A program made the translations under genes and the position numbers. Of a stretch of 64,000 bases of DNA, positions 31,207 to 40,636 are shown one piece after another; the stretch's first letter is position 1, and each line of letters begins with the position of its first letter. The stretch lies in the NCBI GenBank assembly GCA_963790205.1, contig CAWBNQ010000003.1, forward strand, positions 896,001 to 960,000, given 5' to 3'. The stretch is from Nitrospirota bacterium (GTDB taxonomy: Bacteria; Nitrospirota; UBA9217). The notes beneath the pieces are model-generated. The model ran no database searches. It had not been told where the DNA came from and saw only the letters and a list, made by a program, of their open reading frames with translations.

Positions 31207-33040
31207 GGCGTTCCCGGCTCACTGCCTGATGATAACCCAGAAATCGGCGAGCGCCGTCCCTGCCCATATACCGTTCCAGCATCCGCGGTTCGGTCCTCGT
31301 CAGGTCGACGATGATCAAGCCATCGAGGACATTGCCGAAGGAGGGATCAATATTGAAACCGGCGATCTCTCCTCCCAGTTTAAGATACTGTTTCAGCAGG
31401 ACCGGGACCCCCTTACGGTCAGTTTCCACGCTGGATATCAGCTCGGATAGGCTCTCAATATCATCCTTCAGAAGACGGACCGTCGCATCGACGTCCCAGC
31501 CTTTCAATCGCTTCGCAGGGAGCGGCTTTTTAGGTATGACGTAACCGGCCATTTCGTCGCAGTATCTGGCCTTTTTCAGATAACCGACCAGCAACTGCTT
31601 CGACAGCGCCTGATACTCGTCTGTAATGCTCACAGGACCGAAGAGGGTCCTGTACTGTTGATTTTCGACAAGGAACCTGCCGATGCCTTTCCAGAGGAGC
31701 AGGAGGGGAGCAAAGGACCTTTGATATTCCGGCCGGATGAACGAGCGTCCCATTTCCAGGGCAGGCCCCAGGTGTTCGAAAAATCCCGGTCTATAGCGAA
31801 AAAGCGTGCTCGTATAGAGGCCGCGTACGCCCTTTTGTCTCAGGATCTCATCGGTCCTGCCGAGGCGATAGGCGCCGACCACTTCTTTCTTTTCCCGGTT
31901 CCAGAGAAAGAGGTGGATATAGGAGTGATCGAACCGGTCAAGGTCAACGGCCTTTCCGGTCCCTTCGCCCACGGCCCGAAAGGTGCTCTCCCGCAGCCTG
32001 CCGATCTCGAGCAGGATATGAGGGACCTGGTCGGTCGTTGCCTGGATCACGGAATGTTCGTTGCTCTCGATGAGCGTCTGGCTCGGCAACAGCCTGCGGA
32101 TCTCTTCCGCCATGACGTCCGGGTTCTGCGGCGGCATGATCGAACCGTACGTTTCGTGTTTTGCCTTTCGAATAAAAGCCGCGATGCTGGGTACCTCTGT
32201 TTTGTCGCGATGCTCCAGAATATAGGTGCGCAGCCGCAGGTACGCAGTCATGTCGTCATCCCGATCGAAGGCCTGCAGCTTCGTGATGGGTACAAGGTCG
32301 CCGACGCGCACCTGGATGATCTTGCGGCTCTTGTTGAACAGTTCGTTCGGCAGCATGGCCGTCCGAAGAACAGGATGCACCATGCCCGCCATATGAAAGG
32401 CCGCACTGTTCGTCCCCTGGAAGAACACCGGGAGCACCGGCGCCCCGGTCTTCCGGATAATGCGCGCAATGCTCGGGCTCCAGGCGGGATCGGTGATCGT
32501 GCCTTTCCGGGCATCGAAGTGAGAGACCGCGCCGGCGGGGAATACCACGAGCATGCCGCCGTCCTTCACCCACTGAATGGATTCTCTGACCGGCCTGATA
32601 TTGTCGCGGACCGAGGTTTTCCCCTGGAAGGGGTTCACGGTGATCAGCAAGTCCCGTATTTCGGGTATCGCGTTCAGCAAATAATTGGCCATGAACTTTA
32701 CATCGCAGCGCATCGAGCGGAGGACCGATGCGAGGATGACGGTTTCGATGCCCCCGAAGGGATGGTTTGCCACAACGATCACGGGACCCCTGGGAATCAT
32801 GATACGGGAAAGGTCCGTTTCCGGCACATCGTATGAAACGCCCAGTTGTTCCAGGACCTTGTCCGGGAAGGGCCGGTTGTCATGCAGCCGGCTGACGTCA
32901 TCGTAGAGGCGGTTCATCCGGGGAAAGTCGAGGACATGCTCGAGCGGTCCCTTGAACAGGGAGAACAGTTTGTTTTGCAGCGGGTCTTTAAAGGTCATGT
33001 TCAGGTTGAATATCCGGTTCGACTGAGCCTGGTTCATCAT
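31190..33040 (-). CDS. Bifunctional PlsC-type acyltransferase plus GNAT (OlsF-like ornithine/amino-lipid synthase)
   Basis: N-domain VANHPFGGIE, FPAGAVS; C-domain EIGRLRESTFR, DLDRFD, VGAYR, LEMGRSF, LWKGI, LLKQYLKLGG. Confidence 0.8.
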   Translation of the reverse strand: MMNQAQSNRIFNLNMTFKDPLQNKLFSLFKGPLEHVLDFPRMNRLYDDVSRLHDNRPFPDKVLEQLGVSYDVPETDLSRIMIPRGPVIVVANHPFGGIETVILASVLRSMRCDVKFMANYLLNAIPEIRDLLITVNPFQGKTSVRDNIRPVRESIQWVKDGGMLVVFPAGAVSHFDARKGTITDPAWSPSIARIIRKTGAPVLPVFFQGTNSAAFHMAGMVHPVLRTAMLPNELFNKSRKIIQVRVGDLVPITKLQAFDRDDDMTAYLRLRTYILEHRDKTEVPSIAAFIRKAKHETYGSIMPPQNPDVMAEEIRRLLPSQTLIESNEHSVIQATTDQVPHILLEIGRLRESTFRAVGEGTGKAVDLDRFDHSYIHLFLWNREKKEVVGAYRLGRTDEILRQKGVRGLYTSTLFRYRPGFFEHLGPALEMGRSFIRPEYQRSFAPLLLLWKGIGRFLVENQQYRTLFGPVSITDEYQALSKQLLVGYLKKARYCDEMAGYVIPKKPLPAKRLKGWDVDATVRLLKDDIESLSELISSVETDRKGVPVLLKQYLKLGGEIAGFNIDPSFGNVLDGLIIVDLTRTEPRMLERYMGRDGARRFLGYHQAVSRERHATCA

Positions 33041-33052
33041 GCCTCCTTGTAT

Positions 33053-33108
33053 TCTGAACTTTGCACTCTGAACTCTGAACTACAAACTTTGAACTCCGAA
33101 CTCTGAAC
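33053..33108. repeat. Intergenic heptamer repeat (TCTGAAC)n, about 8 copies
   Basis: tctgaac tttgcac tctgaac tctgaac tacaaac tttgaac tccgaac tctgaac. Confidence 0.8.
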
Positions 33109-33110
33109 CG

Positions 33111-34349
33111 TTACGCAACGCGGGCGCGAATGCTGTCCGTGATGCGATAGCCCCAGGACCATACGCCGGTGTCCGGGCAGGGCGACAGCCGGGAATCCCT
33201 TCCTATCACATACCGGTTCCCCCGCCAGACCACCGTTGAACTCAAAAGCGGCACGAACCACAGCATTCCGATGATAATGTCCTTGACCGGAACAAGGAAA
33301 TAAACGAGGGGCGATTGTTTGTGAAGATATGTGCGCGCTGCCGAGGCTTCGATCGCTCTTCCGAGCAGGGAATCGCCAAGGACCTTTATGAGTCCTGTGA
33401 GGGCCGCAAAGGAGAGCGTTTCGCGCGACGGGCCCTTGAGCAGGACCGGCAAGGTTGCCATGAATACCGGATTGGCAAGCAGTTCGGACAGATATTTCGC
33501 TCCGCCGATCTTCCACCGGAGCTTGCCCCATCGCGTGTGGCGGTTCAAAAATCGCCTGATGCCCCAGTACTCATTGACATTGCTGACCAGGTAGCTTGAA
33601 AGAACGACTTTTTTCCCGCTCCGCTGCATCTCCCTGCCGATGATGAAATCCTCGGCCAGGATGTCCTTGAAGGCGGCCAGCCCTCCCAGCTTCTCCAGGT
33701 CTTCTTTTTTCATGAGCATAGACTTCCCGATGACGCAGGGCATGCCCAGGAAGCGGTCGAGAAAGCTGACGCTCCCGAGGATGAAGGAATTTAAGTGAAG
33801 ATTTTCGAGGGTGGCGCCGATGCTGCGGCCGCCTGCGCCGCGGATCACATTGCTGACGAGGCCGATTGCCGGGTCGTGCGCATGGCGCGTGATCTCGCTC
33901 AGATAGTTTTCATCGACCATGACGTTGCTGTCGCTGATCAGAACAAAGGGATGGCGGGCCTTCCGGTATGCGGGTATGAGGTTGTTCACCTTGGGGTTGA
34001 GCCCGACCGCGCACCGCTCCACAACGATGGTAATGTTTTTGTCGGGAAACCTGTCCTGTACCTTTTTAGCCACTTTGTACGCGGGGTCGTTATGGTCCTG
34101 GAGGGAGAACAGGATCTCATATTCAGGATAATTCTGGGTGCAGAAGCTCGCGAGGTTGTCGAAAAGGTTGTCGTCAAGGCCCCGTAACGGCTTGAGGATC
34201 GAGACGGGCGGAAGTGCGGGTCCCCGGGCCGGAATAAAATCGGGGGATTTCCGTTTTTTCGCGATGAGCGACCAGGCTGCTCCCGCCTGGAGCAGGTAGA
34301 GCACGGTCCCCACGATCGAGATCGCCGCGCATATGCCGAAGAGTGTCAT
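33111..34349 (-). CDS. Ceramide glucosyltransferase-like (GT21/HpnI-like) glycosyltransferase
   Basis: SILKPLRG, GLNPKVNNL, ISDSN, AEDF, RHTRW, VVWRGNRY. Confidence 0.85.
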   Translation of the reverse strand: MTLFGICAAISIVGTVLYLLQAGAAWSLIAKKRKSPDFIPARGPALPPVSILKPLRGLDDNLFDNLASFCTQNYPEYEILFSLQDHNDPAYKVAKKVQDRFPDKNITIVVERCAVGLNPKVNNLIPAYRKARHPFVLISDSNVMVDENYLSEITRHAHDPAIGLVSNVIRGAGGRSIGATLENLHLNSFILGSVSFLDRFLGMPCVIGKSMLMKKEDLEKLGGLAAFKDILAEDFIIGREMQRSGKKVVLSSYLVSNVNEYWGIRRFLNRHTRWGKLRWKIGGAKYLSELLANPVFMATLPVLLKGPSRETLSFAALTGLIKVLGDSLLGRAIEASAARTYLHKQSPLVYFLVPVKDIIIGMLWFVPLLSSTVVWRGNRYVIGRDSRLSPCPDTGVWSWGYRITDSIRARVA

Positions 34350-34399
34350 GTGATCCCTCCTTTTTGGTGATGCCTGTTTGTCGAAGTATTCGTCATGCT

Positions 34400-35092
34400 C
34401 TAATTCCTGAAGAGTGTGATGGCGACGCCCTTATTGTGTCTGATGCACTGCTTCACCGAGTCGACGTTCTTTTCGCAGTTGAGCAGCGTTTTCCATGAGT
34501 AGAGATGCCGGGCCTGGTGAAAATCGCTGTTTGCGATGTAGGGATATTTTTTCAGGCTGATCACGTTGAATACATCGTCCCGGTTCGCTATTTCCCAGGC
34601 GTCGATGTATTTCGCGTATTTGTCCCGGTTGTTCCAGAGAAAGAGCGTGTCCTTATTCACGAGGTCGGGCGTGTGATGGGGATGGCAGGCAACGGTCAGG
34701 GCATTTTGATTCTTTGCCTCGAGAAAAATTTCTTCGTAGTCCATGCAGGCGGGAATGAATTCTTTGATGTCGAGAAGAAGGATATGGGCTGATTTATTCT
34801 TGGAGAGATAGTTTTTGCTGATTTCCACGCCCGGGATCACGAGCATCTCATATTTTTCCCAGGCCCGTTTTGCTTCCTCTTTGATGGAGTTGAAATATTC
34901 GTCAAAATTATCCCCCCGGACCGACAGATTGAACTGCCTGGCGAATTTGCCGATCGAGTTGTCGCCGCTCACGACATGGTCCGTAACGGCGATGACATCG
35001 AATCCGGCCTGGCCGAAAAGATCGACGGTGTCCCTCATCTCAAGCGAGCCGTCCGAGAAATTTGTGTGGATATGAAAGTCACACAGCATCAT
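34400..35092 (-). CDS. PHP-domain phosphoesterase
   Basis: DFHIHTNFSDG, VTDH, GVE, CHPH, NSDFH. Confidence 0.88.
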   Translation of the reverse strand: MMLCDFHIHTNFSDGSLEMRDTVDLFGQAGFDVIAVTDHVVSGDNSIGKFARQFNLSVRGDNFDEYFNSIKEEAKRAWEKYEMLVIPGVEISKNYLSKNKSAHILLLDIKEFIPACMDYEEIFLEAKNQNALTVACHPHHTPDLVNKDTLFLWNNRDKYAKYIDAWEIANRDDVFNVISLKKYPYIANSDFHQARHLYSWKTLLNCEKNVDSVKQCIRHNKGVAITLFRN

Positions 35093-35100
35093 TGACGGGA

Positions 35101-35154
35101 ATCATACGTTTTTTCTATTACGGGAGTATTACGGGAATATTAAGTTTCTGTTAC
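35101..35154 (-). promoter_or_regulatory. Pho-box-like array plus -10 box (PHP-GT21-OlsF operon)
   Basis: ATTAC 35117, ATTAC 35128, ATTAA 35139, GTTAC 35150; -10 TATGAT at 35106-35101. Confidence 0.78.
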
Positions 35155-35190
35155 GGAAAAGCCGTGGTCCGGAGCGGTTCTGGAAAGAAA

Positions 35191-35216
35191 GGGTGGGGCA
35201 GTTTCCTGCCCCACCC
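35191..35216 (-). terminator. Hairpin downstream of the porin gene
   Basis: GGGTGGGGCAG-tttc-CTGCCCCACCC perfect stem, followed by TTTCTTT on the - strand. Confidence 0.7.
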
Positions 35217-35308
35217 GGAGGGGGGGATATACCACCGATGAAGATGGTAACCTGGTTTTAGAAGCCCTGGGCCAGGCTCAGGGCAACGTAAAAAGCATCA
35301 TGCTGCAC

Positions 35309-36703
35309 TTAGAACTTGAAGGTCAGGACGCCCTGGGCGCCCATGACCTTATCGGCGCTCGTATTCACGCCGGCAACAGCCGTGGGGGAGTCATAGGCCT
35401 CGCCGGGCTTGAAGTAGCCGAGGGTCCAGTTCCAGGAGAGGTTGTCATACATCTGCCAATTGACCTTCACGTCCACCTCGGCCCCGAGCTTTCTCGATGT
35501 GGCAGGCGTTGCGCCGTCCGACAATACCGCTTTGTTGAGCGCTACCGCCTGGACCGCCTGGAGATACCACAGGTCAACGCCGACGTTCAGGCCCTTGGCT
35601 GCGGCCACCATCGCGCCGACGTTGAGCGCCGTGGTGTTGGCAAAGCCCGTGTGCGTTTTTCCGGCGGCCGTGCTGACCTTGTACTCATACAGAAAAGAGT
35701 AGTGGGGATCGGCATCCATGAAGTTTACGAATTGACTATAATCATTCTGGTTCAGTTTTGCCCCGGTGCCGCGTCCAGCGGTGAAGTTGATGGTGGCGGG
35801 GTCCATCGCCACTTTACCCTCGATCACGACCTGGTTGCCCTTGAACTTTGCGTCGCCGCTCGGTCCGCCGAGCGATGGATTCGTCACCAGGTTCGCATCC
35901 TTCGCTTTGCCGGCCTGGAGGTCGGCTTCGGCCTTGAGGCCGAGAGGGCCGAACTTGCCGTTCAAGTTCAGTCCGAGGTTGTATATCTGCGTTTCGGGAG
36001 TTGCGGTTGACGGGATGGGGTTCTTGGCGAGCCCTATCGCGTTCTTACGGTCTTTCACCAACGAAAGGTCCGCGCCGACCGTCACGGCATCATTCAGCTT
36101 CAGCACATCGAGGAGCGCATAGGCATCGACGTCGTCTGCCTTACCGGGGTCTCCTTCGCCGACCTTAATGTCCGCAAATGCCGCAGTGTTGCCGCCGGTC
36201 ACATTCGCGACCACCCAGGCATCATCGCCGTACTTCATGTTGCGCAGGAACCAGCCGTTGCCGAGCTGCAGGAGCTGATGGCCGGCGTTCACATTGATCG
36301 GGAGGCCGGGAAGATTGAAGTTGATCCACGCCTCGCGGACGTCGAGCGATACCGGTTTTGCCGATCCCGTGCCGTTATTCCCGCCCCAGTCTTTTGTCGT
36401 TGTCTGGCCGTTGCCCTGCGGCGCCTCGAGCCTGCCCCAGTCGTCCCAGTCGTTCTCGATGGAGATCCTTCCCTTTACATCGTTTCCGGCCTTTGCGTCC
36501 ACCGTGAGCCGGACCCTCTCCTGGGTGTCTCTTGTCGTGCCGTTGTCGCCGGTAAAATCACTGGGATCGGCCTTCGTGTTCATGAAGTCCCTGCTCCGGA
36601 TGTCCAGGCTGCCGCTTACGGTCACGTCCGCGGCAAAGGCCGCGGCGCTGAAACACGTCAGGGCCGCAACTGAGAGTACCACAACTAACTTCTTCATCAT
36701 CAT
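35309..36703 (-). CDS. Outer-membrane beta-barrel porin
   Basis: Signal peptide (AAFA), alternating beta-strand pattern, C-terminal LTFKF. Confidence 0.82.
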   Translation of the reverse strand: MMMKKLVVVLSVAALTCFSAAAFAADVTVSGSLDIRSRDFMNTKADPSDFTGDNGTTRDTQERVRLTVDAKAGNDVKGRISIENDWDDWGRLEAPQGNGQTTTKDWGGNNGTGSAKPVSLDVREAWINFNLPGLPINVNAGHQLLQLGNGWFLRNMKYGDDAWVVANVTGGNTAAFADIKVGEGDPGKADDVDAYALLDVLKLNDAVTVGADLSLVKDRKNAIGLAKNPIPSTATPETQIYNLGLNLNGKFGPLGLKAEADLQAGKAKDANLVTNPSLGGPSGDAKFKGNQVVIEGKVAMDPATINFTAGRGTGAKLNQNDYSQFVNFMDADPHYSFLYEYKVSTAAGKTHTGFANTTALNVGAMVAAAKGLNVGVDLWYLQAVQAVALNKAVLSDGATPATSRKLGAEVDVKVNWQMYDNLSWNWTLGYFKPGEAYDSPTAVAGVNTSADKVMGAQGVLTFKF

Positions 36704-36810
36704 GTATCCTCCTTTAAGTAGTTTTGTCCGGGGTTTCCCCGAAACATTTTGACATCATTGTTGGATGGTTATGATCCTTGTCTGACTGCTTTTCTAGGAT
36801 AATGCGCGAC

Positions 36811-36864
36811 AGCATAGGCGCTGACTGTTACAGAAATATTACGAAAGTATTAAGTTTCTGTTAC
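36811..36864 (-). promoter_or_regulatory. Pho-box-like array plus -10 box (porin)
   Basis: GTTAC 36827, ATTAC 36838, ATTAA 36849, GTTAC 36860; -10 TATGCT at 36816-36811. Confidence 0.78.
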
Positions 36865-37109
36865 ATAATTGGAGCGGTCTTGAATGAGGCTTATTTCGAG
36901 AGAGTTGAAATCGGCGCGATGGATTTCAAACAGATGCTCTTATTCATACCCCCTGAATGATAAGAACAAGGAAGAGTATTCCGATGAGCAGCCCGGCGAT
37001 ATACAGGAAATATTCAATTGCTTTCAGGGTTATCTTTTTCATGCGAGAGTAGCTCCTTATCATGAATCAGTCAGCGCTCCTTTGCCGAAGCCGTCGGCAT
37101 CCGGACTCC

Positions 37110-38501
37110 TCATATCGGCAACAGTTTCAGATTAAATCCCCGCTCGATAAGCCAGGTAAAACCCAGCATGAAAATAACCAACGACACTCCGAAGGTCACT
37201 TTTCTGAATTCGATCTTATTTTTCAAAAGGTGCAAGACAGGCAGCATGATCAGGAATATTATTACTTGTCCGAGCTCCACGCCCAGGTTGAAGGAAACTA
37301 CCGATACGAGGAGGTTTGCTTTTCCGGCAATCAACTCCTGGAGAACGCTCGCGAAGCCGAAGCCGTGGACCAGCCCGAAGACAAAAGTCACGAGCCAGCG
37401 ATAATTCACTTTTTTCTTGAACAGGTTTTCAAGTGCGACGAAACAAATGGAAAAAGCTATTACCGATTCCACCACCCTGGAGTTCAAACTGACGACCTGC
37501 ATTGCCGCCAGGAGCAGGGTAATGCTATGCGCTATGGTAAACGCGGTTATTATCTTCAGAACTTCCTTGATAGACAGGCCGATCACAATGAGCGCCAGCA
37601 GAAATGTTATATGATCATATCCTGTCAGAATATGCTCGATGCCGAGCACTATGAATTCTCTTATATTTGCCCATAGAGACCTTTTTGCAGGGTTAAGTGA
37701 TAGAGAACCGTTCTCATTACCTTCGGGAGGGGGTTTGCTCGCAGAATCTGCCGATGGGGTGAACATCTCAGTAGGCAAGTTTTTCATGCCGCCGTTCAGC
37801 GCTTTTGTTTTTTTATTCAGCGGAACTCTTGCAGTATTTTTTCGTACTGCGGTATCCTTAATGCTGTCTGAACTGCCGCTTACAACGGTATTTCCGGTTT
37901 TGTGCCCTTCAGCAGGCACAGATGCAGGACCGTTAACGGAGAATTCCCATACCGGCGCGTTATGATCAAAAGTGGTCTGCATCGCAGGCGGGGAAAAATC
38001 AAAAACTTTTTGCAGGGCGTCTCCGGTAGCATCGGACAAATATCCATAGGCGAGGTTCACGTGCGCATTGTTCGTCTCTTCAAACAATAAGGTGTAATCG
38101 ATCTTGACCGGGTTTACAGGGTCATTAAAGCTGATATCATCTGCTGACAGCCATATGGTATATATGTTGCCGTTTCTGACTACCTTGTTTACCTTTACAG
38201 GATACGTTTTGCCATCGACTGTTATGGAAAGTTTTTTGTCTATATAAGGCTGCAGGATATCGGCTCCAATGTGCTGCAGTTGCTCATCGGAAAGTGCATC
38301 AGGGTCATAATGTCCTTCCTTTATTCCTTTTATTTCGGCCAATAAGGACGGGCCAAGATCTATGTTGCCGATAATAGTGTTTTTGCCAAAACACCACCTG
38401 GAGCCGCCCATGGGCAGGTTGTGAGCAGAAACAGGAACAGTGATTAAAAGGAATAAACCTGTTATGACGAATAAAAATAATTTTCTGAATGGCATAAACA
38501 C
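37110..38501 (-). CDS. HupE/UreJ-family membrane protein with a large periplasmic N-domain
   Basis: Signal peptide ending VSA-H; GIEHILTGYDH, AFTIAHSITL, FGLVHGFGFA, FNLGVELGQ. Confidence 0.88.
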   Translation of the reverse strand: MFMPFRKLFLFVITGLFLLITVPVSAHNLPMGGSRWCFGKNTIIGNIDLGPSLLAEIKGIKEGHYDPDALSDEQLQHIGADILQPYIDKKLSITVDGKTYPVKVNKVVRNGNIYTIWLSADDISFNDPVNPVKIDYTLLFEETNNAHVNLAYGYLSDATGDALQKVFDFSPPAMQTTFDHNAPVWEFSVNGPASVPAEGHKTGNTVVSGSSDSIKDTAVRKNTARVPLNKKTKALNGGMKNLPTEMFTPSADSASKPPPEGNENGSLSLNPAKRSLWANIREFIVLGIEHILTGYDHITFLLALIVIGLSIKEVLKIITAFTIAHSITLLLAAMQVVSLNSRVVESVIAFSICFVALENLFKKKVNYRWLVTFVFGLVHGFGFASVLQELIAGKANLLVSVVSFNLGVELGQVIIFLIMLPVLHLLKNKIEFRKVTFGVSLVIFMLGFTWLIERGFNLKLLPI

Positions 38502-38523
38502 AAAAAGGCCTCCTTTTCAGCTC

Positions 38524-39141
38524 CTAAGAGTCGATTCCCGAATTCAGGACACGGCCTTCCTCGGATGATAACGAAACGTGCTTCTCTTTGGCCCGCAGGA
38601 ACACGATCAGGCTGGATACGGCCAGTAAAAAGCTTAACATACTCATAGGCGGCAAGCCTCCATTCCACTTCTGGACATTCAGCGTATCCTTGTAGCCCAT
38701 CGCAAAAAGATGGCCGGCGACGAAGGTACACGCCAGGACCGTCAGCGTCCGTCGAACGGCCGGCTTTATTCCGGTCGCGTGCAGGCGCCAGAAACAATAG
38801 ACAGCCAGCACTCCCATAAGCAGCACCAGTTCTCCGGTCAGGCTCATCTTATCGCCGTCAAAGAAATTGGCGTAATAACCCTGCGAGAGGATCCCGAGCG
38901 ACAGAAAGATGTGGACGAACACCAGCTGCGAACACGCGTTGGTCCAGAAACGGACCTTGTCCTGCTCCGCGTGCATGAAGCCGAGGGACGCCATAAGCAG
39001 CGACTCTACCGCTGTCATGCATATCGCTTTGTTCATTATATAGACCGGCAGGTGAATGAGAGCAACATGGCCGAACCCGGCATACCGAATGACCGCGTAC
39101 ACAAGCGTAAACAGAAATGCTGTCAGAAATTGTTTGACCAT
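38524..39141 (-). CDS. Multi-TM protein resembling the STEAP/ferric-reductase TM domain
   Basis: About 6 TMs; HLPVYIMNKA, VHIFLS, GHLFAMG..W..GLPP; by-eye similarity only. Confidence 0.55.
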   Translation of the reverse strand: MVKQFLTAFLFTLVYAVIRYAGFGHVALIHLPVYIMNKAICMTAVESLLMASLGFMHAEQDKVRFWTNACSQLVFVHIFLSLGILSQGYYANFFDGDKMSLTGELVLLMGVLAVYCFWRLHATGIKPAVRRTLTVLACTFVAGHLFAMGYKDTLNVQKWNGGLPPMSMLSFLLAVSSLIVFLRAKEKHVSLSSEEGRVLNSGIDS

Positions 39142-39144
39142 TCT

Positions 39145-40332
39145 TCAGTCCTCCTTGGTTTGTCGTTTTTCTAAGATCTCCGGTGACGCCGCCGCGTCCA
39201 CGAACGGGCACTCCGGATCGGAAGCGTAGAAGTCGCCGTCGACGAACCCGGCCACGGCGCGGCAGCCTCCCTTGCAGATCTCGAGATAATCGCACGACCG
39301 GCAGGGCTCCGGGGCCCGGTCGGTCCAACTGCGCAAGCGAGAGAGATGTTCCGAACCGCTCCACAGCCGGGGCAGTTTGAAAATGCTCTCCTCACCGGAT
39401 AAGAAGGAACAGCCCGCAAACCTGCCGTCCGAGCGGACCCCCAGCAGGACGTTGCCGGCCTCGCAGCCGTAGGCTGAGAACTGTTCCATCATATTTTTGT
39501 CCGGCCTGTGCCAGCAGAACATCGGGACAAAGGAGCAGTCGATCTTGGCCGGGACTCCGTATTCCATGGAGAGGCGCCTGATCGTCGGATAGAATTCCCG
39601 GTTCTGCAGCGGCGTTAATCGCCTTTCGAAATAGTCCAGCATTCCCCGTCCCGAGGGCTTCAGCCTCAGGAACTCCACATCGGCAAGTCTCCGCTCCCCG
39701 GCAAAGACAAACACCCCGGGCAAATGATCGAAGCTCTGACGGGTCACGACACAGTTCAGACCGACGTTGACGCCCGCCTTCAGAAGCATATCCATACCCC
39801 GTATTGCCGCTGCGAGAGCAGCGGAACTCCGCCCGGCTACCTCGAAACCCGCAGTGCCATCGATGCTGACGTTGACCTGGCCGAAAATTCGGCACTTTGC
39901 AGCGGTCTCTCTGGTCATCAGGAGCCCGTTGGTGGTCAGGTTCGGAACGATGCCGCGGGCGCGCACATAAGCGGCCAACTCAAAAAAGTCGGGGCGCTCC
40001 AGCGCCTCTCCGCCTCCCAGTGCCATATGGAACACACCCATCCCGGCCAGGAGGTCGACGGCCTTGCGAAACTCTTCAGACGACAGCTCTCGCGCATCTC
40101 TTTCCCCTGAATCCATATAGCAGTGCCCGCACCGGAGGGAACAGGCATTGGTCACCGAAAAATGGACTTCCAGCGGAGCGGAGAGAAGAGCTGTTTCCGG
40201 CATTTCCCACAACGGGCTGTGCTCATGGACCAGGCGGCGCATAAAGTCCCGGTCCACGTGCACCAGCATCGGAGGATTTTCCAGGGCCAGGATCCCTCCA
40301 AACGATTCAAACCGATACTTCATAACGCTCAT
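39145..40332 (-). CDS. Radical SAM protein with SPASM domain
   Basis: CSLRCGHC, GGGE, TTNG, VSIDG; SPASM cysteines GCEAG..GCSF..CRSCDYLEICKGGC..DPECP. Confidence 0.92.
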   Translation of the reverse strand: MSVMKYRFESFGGILALENPPMLVHVDRDFMRRLVHEHSPLWEMPETALLSAPLEVHFSVTNACSLRCGHCYMDSGERDARELSSEEFRKAVDLLAGMGVFHMALGGGEALERPDFFELAAYVRARGIVPNLTTNGLLMTRETAAKCRIFGQVNVSIDGTAGFEVAGRSSAALAAAIRGMDMLLKAGVNVGLNCVVTRQSFDHLPGVFVFAGERRLADVEFLRLKPSGRGMLDYFERRLTPLQNREFYPTIRRLSMEYGVPAKIDCSFVPMFCWHRPDKNMMEQFSAYGCEAGNVLLGVRSDGRFAGCSFLSGEESIFKLPRLWSGSEHLSRLRSWTDRAPEPCRSCDYLEICKGGCRAVAGFVDGDFYASDPECPFVDAAASPEILEKRQTKED

Positions 40333-40544
40333 CCCTTCTCTTCCCCCTGACTGAGTACGGGCATTTCTTTTAATTCTTCCGGTCGCCCGTGCTCATGGAC
40401 CTTTGCCGCGCTAAGGACCGCAGCAAGAGTGTTGAAAAGGACCGTCATGGCCGCTCCAGCGGTGAAGAAGGCTATTACATCTACGCCGATACTGCTTGAG
40501 TTCGGGTTGTAGCCGGTCTTGATCTTCAGAATTCGTCCTTTCAT
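40329..40544 (-). CDS. Small membrane-anchored peptide with a GYNPNSSS motif, putative radical SAM substrate
   Basis: 71 aa: basic N-terminus KGRILKIKTGYNPNSSSIG, hydrophobic helix, charged tail; stop overlaps the rSAM ATG. Confidence 0.75.
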   Translation of the reverse strand: MKGRILKIKTGYNPNSSSIGVDVIAFFTAGAAMTVLFNTLAAVLSAAKVHEHGRPEELKEMPVLSQGEEKG

Positions 40545-40636
40545 TTCCCTGCCTTCCTGCTTGGTTTTCTCTTTGTCACGACAGCTTTGCAGATCCTTTC
40601 CTTGTTCTCTCCTGGATAAAGTGTCCGCTGGTCCAT
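40541..40636 (-). CDS. Putative 31-aa basic ORF (MDQRTLYPGENKERICKAVVTKRKPSRKAGK)
   Basis: TAATG overlap with the upstream stop and ATGA overlap with the downstream start. Confidence 0.35.
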   Translation of the reverse strand: MDQRTLYPGENKERICKAVVTKRKPSRKAGK

